Shown here piece by piece: positions 11,137 to 23,004 of a stretch of 64,000 bases of DNA. The DNA is from Macrostomum lignano (taxonomy: Eukaryota). The notes under the pieces are model-generated. The model was not told where the DNA came from and searched no databases. It saw nothing but the letters and a program-made list of their open reading frames with translations. The position numbers and the translations under genes are program-made. The stretch covers positions 477,199 through 541,198 of the forward strand of contig NIVC01000082.1 in NCBI GenBank assembly GCA_002269645.1. Reading direction: 5' to 3'. Numbering within the stretch: position 1 is the first letter of the stretch; every line of letters starts with the position of its first letter.

Positions 11137-13119
11137 GCTACAGCTGCGGCAACAGCGGCCGCTGCGGCGGCGAGAAACGGCCGCCTTCATATTGGTCGCC
11201 ATCTTCAGCGCAGTCTGCAGCCGTCGTGGCCTCAGGCCTCAGTAGCTTCCTCTAACGAGTCAATCGACGAAAACGCCGCGGAAGCCGGTGACGGATCCAT
11301 CTCGGCCTCGCCGCCAGAATGTCGAATCTGTCGCTGCTCGGCTGAGGAGCTGCGCGAACGAGCTATTAGCGACCGGCTCTATAGGGTGAAGTGCGCCTGC
11401 GCCGGCAGTCTGGGCTCCCTGTGCGGCAACTGCTACCGGATGTTTTATCTGGAGCGACAGCTGGACAGGTGACTGCCTGCATCATCCTCACCTGCACCAT
11501 TCTCACTTGTACCCGCCTCACCTCCACCATCCTTATCTGCACCTGGCCTCATCACCTGCACCCACCTCACCTGCACCATCCTCACGTGCACCCAACTCAC
11601 CTGAACCCTCCTCACCTGCACCCTCCTCACCTGCACCCTCCTCACCTGAACCCTCCTCATCTGCACCATCCTCACCTGAACCCTCCTCACCTGCACCATC
11701 CTCATCTGCACCCTCATCACCTGCACCCTCCCCACCTGCACCATCCTCAGCTGCACCATCCTCATCTGCACCATCCTCACCTGAACCCTCCTCACCTGCA
11801 CCCACCTTACATCTTTGTTTTACCTGTTATAAAACCCTAATAGCAGTAAAAACCCTAGAATCATGAAATTACATCTCAGGCTTTACTATTCGCAGATGCG
11901 AGCTCTGCCAACAGCAGATCGGTATCAACGACGCCTCCACTCTGCTCCGGCTTCGCCGCTGGTGGCAGCAATGCAAACAATCGATGCCGTTTTTGAACTT
12001 CCGTCCGCCTAGTAGTACCTGCCGCGCCGGCGTCTTCCTGTGCTCAGTGCTGTTTGTATTGTTCCTGCTCGGCGTGTTGGTTGGCTTCACGATGCAAATT
12101 GTGAGTCAACTTCAGGCTATAGTCAGGCTGTAGTTAAGCTGCGCTTCAAGCTATAATCAGACTGTAGTTAGCTGCGCTTCAGGCTATAATCAGACTGTAG
12201 TTAAGCTGCGCTTCAGGCTATAATCAGACTGTAGTTAAGCTGCGCTTCAGGCTATAATCAGACTGTAGTTAGCTGCGCTTCAGGCTATAATCAGACTGTA
12301 GTTAAGCTGCGCTTCAGGCTATAATCAGACTGTAGTTAAGCTGCGCTTCAAGCTATAATCAGGCTGTAGTTAAGCTGCGCTTTAGGCTGTAATCAGACTG
12401 TAGTTAAGCTGCGCTTCAGGCTATAATCAGACTGTAGTTAAGCTGCGCTTCAGGCTATAATCAGACTGTAGTTAAGCTGCGCTTTAGGCTGTAATCAGAC
12501 TGTAGTTAGCTGCGCTTCAGGCTATAATCAGACTGTAGTTAAGCTGCGCTTCAGGCTATAATCAGGCTGTAGTTAAGCTGCGCTTCAAGCTATAATCAGG
12601 CTGTAGTTAAGCTGCGCTTTAGGCTGTAATCAGACTGTAGTTAAGCTGCGCTTCAGGCTATAATCAGACTGTAGTTAAGCTGCGCTTCAGGCTATAACTA
12701 GGCTAAACTCCGGCTATACTTGAGATATTAAGAATACCTGGCTTCATGACCTATAAGTAGATTATATCTACTTTTAATCCAATCCAAATCTTTCGTCTGA
12801 TTTGCAGGGTCACGAGCATTGTCGCTGTCGTTGGTTGACGCAAAATCAGACCTCATTGGTTTATCCGCTTACAACTCCTGAGACAGCTGTGCTCAATTCG
12901 TCGAATTCGCAGAAATCCAGCACCGCCTCTAGTAGTAGCGCTGCTGCCGGCTACGAGCCGCTGTTTCACGGTCCCGTATTGCCCGTATTGTCGGCCATGT
13001 GCGCTATGCTGCTCCTGCTAGTTGCTTACAGTCTGCGTCGATGCCTCACCCTAAGAGTTCGTAGGATGCAGCAGCGAGCAGATATTGAAGCTGCAATTGG
13101 CGGCGATCTGGGCGATTAA
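11137..13119 (+). CDS. RINGv (MARCH-like) E3 ubiquitin ligase with two TM segments; no own start codon
   Basis: Exons 11137-11468, 11896-12100, 12808-13119 join in frame (GT-AG). ECRIC...[15 protein letters not shown]...RCELC followed by hydrophobic segments. Missed by the ORF track because there is no ATG. Confidence 0.8.
11470..11810. repeat. 15-bp tandem repeat (cctcacctgcaccat) in MARCH-like intron 1
   Basis: Directly visible; source of spurious His-rich and G/E-rich ORFs. Confidence 0.95.
12111..12700. repeat. 34-bp minisatellite (tcaggctataatcagactgtagttaagctgcgct) in MARCH-like intron 2
   Basis: About 17 visible units. Confidence 0.97.
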
Positions 13120-13354
13120 TTCAACGCTTGGGTTGCGTCATCATTAAACTAAATATCAATGCATTCGCTGATATTTTAACTTTCAAACCGATAATGAGAA
13201 TTAACAAATAAAAGAAAAATTCTCAAATTTTTATAGTCGCTTGCCATTGAACTCTTTAAGTCCTTAACCTGTATCTGTCTGTCTGTCCTATTCGATGTAC
13301 TTTTTGGCGGCAGTAACTTTGCAGATTTTTCCGTAAATATGGATGATTATTTCT

Positions 13355-13905
13355 CGTAGCCCTCATGCCGTATCTCTGAGTCTCATCACTCCCTATCTGC
13401 CCCTGTTAACCTCTGCCCCAATGTACACACGTAACAAACCCCCTATCTGTTCCTGCTATCCTCTGTCCCAATGTACACACCCCCTATCTGTTCCTGCTAT
13501 CCTCTGCCCCAATGTACACACTTCCTATCTGCCCCTGCTATCCTCTGCCCCAATGTACACACCCCCTATCTGCCCCTGCTATCCTCTGCCCCTGTATCCT
13601 CTGCCCCAATGTACACACTCCCTATCTGTCCCTGTTAACCCCCGCCCCAATGTACACACTCCCTATCTGTCCCTGTTAACCCCCGCCCCAATGTACACAC
13701 TCCCTATCTGTCCCTGTTAACCCCCGCCCCAATGTACACACTCCCTATCTGTCCCTGTTAACCCCCGCCCCAATGTACACACTCCCTATCTGCCCCTGTT
13801 AAATCCCGCCCTAATGTACACACTCCCTATCTGCCCCTGTTAACCTCTGTCCCAATATACACACTCCCTATCTGCCCCTGTTAACCTCTGTCCCAATATA
13901 CACAC
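13355..13905. repeat. 41-bp minisatellite (cctatctgcccctgttaacc..gccccaatgtacacactc)
   Basis: Directly visible. Confidence 0.93.
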
Positions 13906-14529
13906 TCCATCGTATTTTATTGGTTGATAATTTCCGTCTATCATTTTTGTTTTGATCAGGATTAAGTTTTTTATGAATAAATATACTCATAATATTCTCT
14001 TTTTAGTAGAAATTTCACGTCGTCGCTTGCGGATAGAAGTATGCAGTTTCTAATCGTATAGTAGTGTATTTTTGTAAGGCCTCCTATTTTTTTGTTTCCT
14101 TTGTTTTTTGGTTTCCGGATTCGAACCCATGTGCACACTTAACTATTTTGTTCAATATACATATTACAATAGTTTTCTGAATGAATTTTTTAAACTTTAC
14201 TTTTTAGTCTAGTTACCTTAAATGTTTATTAGAGGACCTGTGTATTTTATAGAGATGCAAACATCATGGTTTGAATTTCAAGATTTAAGGTAAAAAAATA
14301 ACATTTTCTTGTTGGCAAATTCTGTTTAAGGCAATCTTCAAGCAGCCGCTTAAATAACCAGTGGAGTAAGTACAGTAAAGAATAATTTGTGTTGCAATCT
14401 AAATTACAGTTTAAATTAAAACGCTGCTTGCTCGATTAACCACAAAGATAATGTGCGTACACACTCATAGGTCCGTTTGTTTTCGTTTTAGTCTTCTTTT
14501 CCATTGTTTACCACTCCACACCCCTCCTT

Positions 14530-15125
14530 ACCCCCTGCTCCCCCAGTTAATGTACACTCTTCAATGGCCAACCCCCTGCTCCCCTAGTTAATGTATATTC
14601 TTCTGTGACCAACCCCCTGCTCCCTCAGTTAATGTACACTCTTCAATGGCCAACCCCCTGCTCCCCTAGTTAATGTATATTCTTCTGTGACCAACCCCCT
14701 GCTCCCTTAGTTATTGTATATTCTTCTGTGACCAACCCCCTGCTCCCCTAGTTAATGTACATTCTTCTGTGACCAACCCCTGCTCCAATAGTTAATGTAC
14801 ACTCTTCAATGGCCAACCCCCTGCTCCCCTAGTTAATGTACACTCTTCTGTGACCAACCTCCTGCTCCCTCAGTTAATGTACACTCTTCAATGGCCAATC
14901 CCCTGCTCCCCTAGTTAATGTACATTCTTCTATGGCCAACCTCCTGCTCCCTCAGTTAATGTACACTCTTCAATGGCCAATCCCCTGCTCCCCTAGTTAA
15001 TGTATATTCTTCTGTGACCAACCCCCTGCTCCCCTAGTTAATGTATATTCTTCTGTGACCAACCCCCTGCTCCCCTAGTTAATGTATATTCTTCTGTGAC
15101 CAACCCCCTGCTCCCCAGTTAATGT
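14530..15125. repeat. 41-bp minisatellite (cccctgctcccctagttaatgtacattcttctgtgaccaac)
   Basis: Directly visible. Confidence 0.93.
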
Positions 15126-15610
15126 CACGATCTTCTCTCACCAACCCCAAGTATTGCTATCAGTACGTTGTGCATTGACTCCAAAAAATGTGAAACCTTT
15201 CTCACAATTAAGAAATGATACTATGAGAAGATTTTGGCGATGGCAAAACAAAGACATTTATTTGGCTGTGCTGTCACACTATCTGCTGCTACAACTTGCT
15301 TTAAGAAGCATGAACCATTGATATATAAATTATCCAATACGAGTAAGTGCTTAATTTTAGAAAATATTTAGTTATCAGGATTAATTAAAATTTACATTTT
15401 CTAATAAAGCTCAGCAAAGAACAAAATCTAGAAAATCGAAAGTCTTAAACGGGTTAAAAAATACTTCAAGTTTGTGTACACAGTTATTAGTACAAGCATA
15501 TGCTATGAAGAAATACACTGTTCATACACGCCACTTAAACGACTCTATTTCTGGTGTGTGAAGCATTTTTGTGAAAAACGAAATTTGACGTTTCGTTTGT
15601 GGGAGTGTTT

Positions 15611-15834
15611 ACCGGGTGCACTCTTGCACAGGTGACTGGTGGCGGCCGCGCCTCTGGTGTGTATACCTCTAAACAACTCGGGGGGCCCCTCTCTACTAGA
15701 TAAAGGGATCTTAATCACAACGTCAGCTACCGCACCATCCAGAGGCAGACAAAGTCTAGGGGACGAGGCCTGGTGGCTGTACCTTTCAGCACTAAAGCCC
15801 AGGGGTTGCACAGGCGTTTTCATGCAGCCCGGGT
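15611..15834. repeat. Dispersed ~210-bp repeat, copy 1 (accgggtgca...tgcagcccgggt)
   Basis: Homologous to 23570-23772, with conserved blocks separated by divergent spacers. Confidence 0.85.
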
Positions 15835-15872
15835 TTACATGTACGTCACTATCTCATCCCTCGGTGACCCGA

Positions 15873-17549
15873 TTAAGAAGAGCCTGAATCAAGAGCATCA
15901 GATAGTCTATTTTCAGGACGCGTCATGACCTTCATTTCCTCAGCTTCATCTTCAGATTCTCCGGCTGCATTTGAGCGTCTTGCTTTGGATTTTCGCTGGA
16001 GCAAGATTAGCGTTAGCACACAGTGATGAAAGATTTCGATCAGCTCGAACAAGGTGAGCACACTGCAGCCAATGTACAGGCCCAGCAGGCCGCCCGTGTC
16101 AGCCAGGAAATTCGACTTGATCGATGCTACGGATATCTTGACATTGAGCGTGGACTCAGCCACGTAGGTGCGAAAGACGCCTTCCAGCAGGTGAGCGGAG
16201 TGACTGCCGCTATCGACCTGCTTTGCAGTGTCAATCAGCTGGTGAAGCGCAGGCGCCAAGTCCTTGCTAACTTGGGTGAAACCGGTCAAGTATTCGTGAT
16301 TTTCGAAATCTGCAAAGAATTTTGCGGTTGAGCTGCCGAGCCCGGGCCACTTGCTGAATAAGAAGCTGGCGCTGTGCTCCGGACCGTAGACCGTACGGTA
16401 TTCTCGCAGACCGTAGCTTCCAGTGAGGAACTTTTCATAGCCAGCTTTAGTCATTTCTGAGGCGTTCTCACATCGGGGAGCGTCCCGGTATCGCCATGGC
16501 AACGGGTGCGGCATATTGGCGTGGCAGCTGCGAGCCTGTCAATCAAAACGCTGTTAATTTGTTCGTAGAGGCAGGCGGCGGTGCTGTAGTTGAATTCTTC
16601 TCGCCTTCGAGTCAGTGGGTTGGCAAAGACCACTGGCGATCGGTCGCTACGGCAGTGCGTGTTGTAAAGGTCTTCACTGCAGGAGTTCTCCAGCATGCTC
16701 AGCTTCACTATATACTCGTTGCCAGGTGCCATGTGGAAATTATTCTCGTATCTTAGCGACGGATAAGCACCTGGAGGGACGATTAGCATGGAGAAGCCGG
16801 AAGCTTTTAACTGGTTAATTATCTTAACTGGGTGCCAGTCCAGGAAGGAATAAGATTTGTTCTGCTCGTCAGAAATCGGCCGCACAGAGTAGCCAGAAAA
16901 GTTAAAATCTGGGAAATACGGGTCCGTCATTAGATGGATCTCAAGTACGTCACTGCAGTTGACCAACATCTGTTTGTGCTCGGCACTCAGAATCGGCTGA
17001 AAGCATATCACGTTCTTGGGGCTGTCGACTGTCTTCATTTCAACGTTTTTACCGCGAGTGCCTTGGCATACTGTGGCTCCCAGAATCGCTTGCTGCTTTT
17101 TCACCAGAAGATACCTTTCAGCAGGTGATGAGGAAATGCCAACTGCACACCGTATGTCAAGAGAAATGCCCGCACAGGTGCGAATTTGGGTTTTGATTTG
17201 TAGCCAAAAAGCCTATCAACAACATCGATAAGCCGCTGCACTTCAGCATCTAGCAGGTCGGCCTCTGATTTTGTCAGCGTGAACGGGAAGCTGCCAGAGA
17301 AGGGGCTGCTCGGGCAGAAGTACAGGTCCGGAAACACAAACGGTACCTGATCCAAGTGGTACTCTTTCGTCAGCTTGTTCTGTCTGAGTTTGAGCACCAG
17401 AACTAATGCCGCTGTTGAAAAACATGCCCATGCAGATGACGAACAGCAGAATCCACATCACGCGGACTGTTTTGCAGCGGGTGGCAGCCGCTCGGCTGAA
17501 TGCCGTGCGCTGTACTGGAGGTGATGGCCTCCACTAGAACACCCGCCAT
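15873..17549 (-). pseudogene. DEG/ENaC (amiloride-sensitive channel family) gene broken by four single-base frameshifts
   Basis: ATG 17549 MAGVLVEAITSSTAHG (HG motif), TM1 WILLFVICMGMFF, FPDLYFC, Cys-rich ectodomain, TM2 LADTGGLLGLYIGCSVLTLFEL. Frame switches near 17495, 17400, 17105, 16530. A 5'UTR intron 17576-18087 is likely. Confidence 0.85.
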
Positions 17550-17610
17550 TGATAGCCTTTGACTAAGACTACCGCCTGCGTGAGATTGAACATATATTAA
17601 CTGATACTAT

Positions 17611-18063
<453 letters not shown>

Positions 18064-18389
18064 CAAACTATCTGCAGATAAACTTACTACTTTGCCGCTG
18101 AAGAGAGCTGCTCTTTCTTGCAAACGCTAAAATGACAACTGAATTTCAAACAGAAGCAAGGGTCGAGCTATTATATACGTCTACAGCGGGGCTGTCTCGC
18201 GGGGGTAGGTGCTAGTCTCAACGTTTTTAAAGAGTCGAAGAAGCAGTCAGGCTTATCCTAATTTGTATTGTGCTTTTGTCAAACCAACTATACGACCACG
18301 AGATAGCTGCCCCAGACATGGAAAGCTACAGATAGCATACGCTCGTACTGGAACCTCTGCATTGCTTTTGTAGTGAGCCGCTAGTTTAA

Positions 18390-19372
18390 TGTTAGGCGTC
18401 ACCATTGTCAGCAGTTTCCCCGCCCGCGCCCTCCCCCTGGGTTGCTGTCTGCCGCTGGTCAGCTTCCCGCCTCCCCTTGTCCGTCTGTTTGCCGCCCTCT
18501 CCCCTTTTGCTGCTCGTTTTCTGTGCTCCGGTTCTCAGCCCTCAGCTTCTCTGCTGTGGGCTGTCCTTGCTTCGCTCCCGTCCCCTTTTCCCTTGTCATG
18601 TGAGCAAGTCACATGACAAGCCTTGTTTTCTTGGAGTCATAAAGTGCGGTAAACATGTTTACTGCACTCACTGGTCCTGTTTACGGGTGAATCACGTGCT
18701 CAGGGGTCTTGCCTTCTCTAAGGTAAAGGGTGACTTATGTTTCTAAAAATAGATACTGAGTCATGAGGCACTTTGCCCGCGGACCCTGCCTTCTGTAAGG
18801 CAGAGGGTGACGTCAGTTCTAAAAATAGATACTGAGTTACAGCCTGGCGCACTCTACCCGGAGACCTCAAGTGACGTCAGTTCTAAAAATAGAACAAGTC
18901 ACGAGGTCTGGTGAGCGCGGCTATAAATAGGACCCCTCTCCCCTTGTTTCCGTCAAGGATCCTTGTCAGAGTGTTTGTTGGCGCTGTTCGCTGTTAACCG
19001 TTTCCGAGTTCTGAGTCTGAGTTTGAACGTCCGTTCTCTGTCTGAATACATTGAGTTCCCTACTGACTGACACTCTACTAAAGCCAACCCCGAGCCTACG
19101 AGAGGCTATCACAGCCCTACCATCCGCCAACCAAGCCCAGCAGGTGCTGCTGACGAGACACCCTGTACGTTGAGCTGCAAATTTGCACGTTGTGCTGAGT
19201 TCGTTGAGTTTGTTATTTCGTTCCGACGGGAAGCTCACCTCATCGAAGCCTGAGACCTGAAGGAACTAGTGGCAGCACTACCTACGCTACTGAGAGTTAA
19301 GAAGGCTTCCGAGTGAGAAGACGGCGAGCCCAAAACACTGTGCTGGACAGCAGGAGAAGCACAGGTATAACA
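18390..19372 (+). mobile_element. 5' LTR of an LTR retrotransposon
   Basis: Inverted termini TGTTA...TAACA, two TGACGTCA sites, CTATAAATAG TATA box at ~18921, immediately followed by a PBS. No second LTR in the window. Confidence 0.8.
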
Positions 19373-19373
19373 C

Positions 19374-19393
19374 TGGTGGCAGCGGTGGGATTC
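19374..19393 (+). promoter_or_regulatory. Primer binding site, tRNA-Leu
   Basis: TGGTGGCAGCGGTGGGATTC is complementary to the 3' end (GAATCCCACCGCTGCCA-CCA) of standard eukaryotic tRNA-Leu(AAG/TAG). Confidence 0.85.
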
Positions 19394-20932
19394 AAAGACC
19401 TACCAGGTCACCCGAGACAACCCTAAGTACTTCAATTTCTTAAAAGTACTAACGTTCTTGGACAGTAGAACTACCGAGAGGGGAAGCAGGTAGAATTCCC
19501 CCACCCCTCCGCTTTCCAGTTGTACGGGCAGAAAAATGGCTTGTTATTTTTATTCCTACTGTTAATCAAATTGTTTGGCAGAAGTTTCGGGACAGGTTTG
19601 AAAAAAAACAAAGGAGCCAAGTCTCTGTAGCGATCGGACTTTATTTTTTTGTAGCGCTAATATAGAGTACTGAGGGAATTGCTAATTAAACTGCGCTTGA
19701 CTGCTTTGCCACCTCACAGAAGCACGAACGTGCAAAATGGGGTAGTGTAATATATGGTGTACAATTACGTAAATAATTGAGGCGTGAAACGCGGTGGTTC
19801 GTTTGCTTTAATTTTCTTTGATTGTTTTCCGTGTGGAAAAGAATAGAGAGACTTAAGTAACTGCGTGTTAGGGTGCTGTATATTTATATACGTGTTGATA
19901 GAACATTCCGGAATCCGAAAAGTTCGAGAAGCGGTTTTTAGAAAGGGGTGCGCGGGAGTTCAAAATACCAAAATATAGAAAGTGCGTGTTTACGCGGAAG
20001 TTTCTAGAATATAAGTAATTGTATACTTACTGTACGCCATCTTATACCGTATACGCGCGTTGTTTAGTTGAAGAAGCATGTTATAGAATATTATAGAAAA
20101 TAGAAATACGCTACAATACTTATAATATAGTGAATACACTACAATGGTCTAAAACAATAGAGATTGTCTCTTTTTAAATAGAGATTGCGTCTTTTAGATG
20201 AGGACTACACTGTTGTTGTCGAAGGAGAGAAACGTTGTTGTGCTTTGGAATCATGGCCAGTCTCCTAACTCACGAATTCCTGGTGCTTATATTTTTTGGA
20301 GTCAATTCTTTCTTCTCTTTCATATCTAAGTTATATCAATAATTGGATTGCTCGGGAGAATGCAAAAATACGGAACTTTCAAAGTAGCTAGTTCATGTAC
20401 GAGCGTACGTCGAAATATTGTAGGACTTTACCCATGCAACATTTCGATGCGCACCACATTTCGGACTGCTGTACAGGATAGGGACACCAAAAATGAACTT
20501 AAATACCTCAGGGATGCCTTATATTGTTAAGCCATACGACCATTGCTACTTTTAAGTAGGCATGGCAAGATAATTTTGTTGAGTGGACTAGCTTATCACT
20601 CAATTTTTTGCCAATTGGGTTACTCTAACTCATAGGAAAGCATTTCGTATGTCTGTAACCCGATTTCAAGGACTGCGAAGTAAAATCACTTTAGTGCTTG
20701 TAATGGCATAGGCTTGAATTCATTAAGAGTGTTTGGTATATCCCTAGAACATTGGGAATATCAACGGAAGTCCGCTGCAGATTTAGGGCCTCTTAACCAT
20801 AGACAATCATCGACGGTAGTTTCACGTAATTCCGAGATCGCCGGAATACCAAGGACCAATACAAGAATATAACAGCTACGCTTGGTAGGAAACCTACTGA
20901 AGCTTAAGTAAAGAGATAAAGTACAAAGCAGC

Positions 20933-21520
20933 ATGGCCGCAACAGGGAGGCGACCGACGGCATCTGAGATTCTCGGCTCAAATTTCTCTGGCCTCACCAA
21001 ACCGACGCTGCAAGTTTCGGCTCCGGAGTGCCCCGGTGGCTGGGAGCGTCTCGGCGAACTGTCCATCGTTGTAGAGTCGCCCCCGTTGCGAGTGGGACCG
21101 CCCGGTCACGAGTCCTTTGTCAGGCTGGCCGATGTCGAGGACGACCCCAACCAGGAGCTGATCAGCTGCGAGGAGGAGTACAGCCAGGAGCGACGGGCCA
21201 ACCTTAGGAGCAGGGAGGCCGCCGCCGCTGGCGTTGCCGAAGCCGACGCTCCGGGTGCCGAGACAACTGTCGCAGACGATGATGTCACAACCATTGATCC
21301 GAATGAAGCCTTACTTGACGAACTAGTAAAAGAAGTCGACTTGCAGCGTCTGATTACTAAATGCTTGCGCACTTCGGTTCGGCACACCAAGACAGCGGAT
21401 CGGACAGTGCGCCTGTCCAGCCTGAAGGCGCTGCGCGGACAGCACGCCGGCTTGACTGTCGCCGCCAGCAGCAACCTGGAGTCGGACGATGAAGACGAGG
21501 ACGACCTACCGGATGATTGA
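20933..21520 (+). CDS. 195-aa acidic ORF inside the LTR element internal region (gag-like or accessory)
   Basis: Intact ATG-to-stop GC-rich ORF in otherwise AT-rich internal sequence. No recognisable motif. Confidence 0.45.
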   Translation: MAATGRRPTASEILGSNFSGLTKPTLQVSAPECPGGWERLGELSIVVESPPLRVGPPGHESFVRLADVEDDPNQELISCEEEYSQERRANLRSREAAAAGVAEADAPGAETTVADDDVTTIDPNEALLDELVKEVDLQRLITKCLRTSVRHTKTADRTVRLSSLKALRGQHAGLTVAASSNLESDDEDEDDLPDD

Positions 21521-21719
21521 CCGTGGGACCCATGCTGCAGACTACTGACTGACCGACTAACTTTGACAATAGATAAATCCTCTTCCTCTCTCCTTAATTT
21601 TCGTTTTCGGAACAGACGGCTAGAGATGGGCTGTTGTTAATACATCGGGACCAAAATAATTTCCCTTACGCATTGTAATCCTTGTAAACCAAAGTACCTA
21701 GACTTGGTTTTTTAAGATT

Positions 21720-22280
21720 TTGCCAAGATGCGGCTTGCCAGCTAGATCGAGGCACCGACGGTGCAACAGGTTGTTTGGACGGATCTGACTAGCGCGGCGA
21801 TACAGGTGCCACGTTGCTGCCCCGATTCTCGCTCGTCGCCAGGCCAGCGTGCGTGCACCGCTTGTCAACTTGCTGTTCGAGCAAGTCTGTCAGTGCTCTG
21901 GGCTTGCGCTGTAAAACAGGACGGTCTCAATCACTTTCTGGAACAACGCCGCCCTCTGGAGGTCAGGTAGGACCTCGGACTGTAAGAGCGCCCTCACAGA
22001 ACGATAAGCAGCCCAGCGGAAAACCCATGGCGATACTGCAGATCCTGGCGGACGCCGGGAACCAGACAGCCCGAGGTTCCGGAAGTTCCGTTGCATGTCC
22101 GTCAGCGCAATCGCAGCCTCGATGTCGACTGGCTCGCAGAGCACGATGGTCTTCTACATGTTGACCATCAGACCGACACTCGCCGTAAGAACATACGGCT
22201 TTGGCCGGCGGTGCAGGCGCTTTCGTTCCTGTTCAAGCCCTGAGACGCCCCTAAAACAAAGACCTGACAGTGTACACTGT
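21720..22280 (-). mobile_element. Old RTE-like LINE fragment (RT C-terminal part)
   Basis: WAAYRSVRALLQSEVLP..QKVIETVLFY aligns by eye with WTAFRSIRA..VVETVLLYNAETW of the 3385-6548 element; DNA similarity extends on both sides. Confidence 0.8.
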
Positions 22281-22302
22281 ATTTTCTTGCTGATCTTGAA
22301 CA

Positions 22303-22450
22303 GGGTTGTAGCCTAGTGGTTAGAGCGTCGAACTCGCAATTGAAAGGACTCTGACTCGGAACAATTTGTGTCCTTGAACAAGACACTTCACTCTGCATTG
22401 GCTTCAGTTCACCCAGCTGTAAGATGTGTGCCAGCCAGCATTAGCTGGGA
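22303..22450 (+). mobile_element. Degenerate tRNA-derived SINE
   Basis: A-box-like tagcctagtggttagagc, followed by gtgtccttgaacaagacact and cacccagctgta segments typical of central-domain SINEs. B box decayed. Confidence 0.6.
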
Positions 22451-22952
22451 TAATTGAGGGTGTGTGTGGCGACGCTCCGGTCCTTGGACTGAACAGCCGT
22501 ACGCAGCCTTCAGATGCACCGCGTAATAGCTGCCGACGGCGCAGTTAGGTCGCCTGAACAGGTCAGAGCGCCGTGATGGAATGCCGCGGAGTCCTGTGTC
22601 AATGCAGCTTTATTTTGCGACGTGTAAATGTGCAAAAACTTTACGTGGCATAAATACGCAGGTTGAGAAGCCATAACAGACTTTGGTAGCGAGATGTTGA
22701 AAAATGCGACGAAAGTCTACAAAGTCCCGGCATTGATTTTTTGAAGAGGCTTCAGCCTACCTGTGCCTCATATCATGACCCTATCATGAATATGAATATA
22801 ATAATGATGACCCATCATAACCCATCATGAATACAATGACCCTCTATCTCACCAAGCTTTTTCCTGCCTGTTACGTAGTCCCTCCTCATAAATATTTGTT
22901 CTCCGTTGCGCCCCACCCCGATTTCTTGCCCAATCGCAGCGCTGCTGGCGGG

Positions 22953-23004
22953 TGACGTCATCGGGGTTGCTTGGTAACAGAGGACAAGGACAGGCCATGG
23001 TAAC
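22953..23004. promoter_or_regulatory. CRE plus two RFX X-box-like motifs
   Basis: TGACGTCA 22953-60, GTTGCTTGGTAAC 22966-78, GCCATGGTAAC 22994-23004. Confidence 0.35.

Noticed and set aside
11391-11866. His-rich, Pro/Ser-rich and G/E/D-rich ORFs on both strands
   Set aside because: Translation of a 15-bp intronic repeat between in-frame GT-AG exons.
14105-14130. tRNA B-box-like ggttcgaatcc on the minus strand
   Set aside because: No A box or cloverleaf around it.
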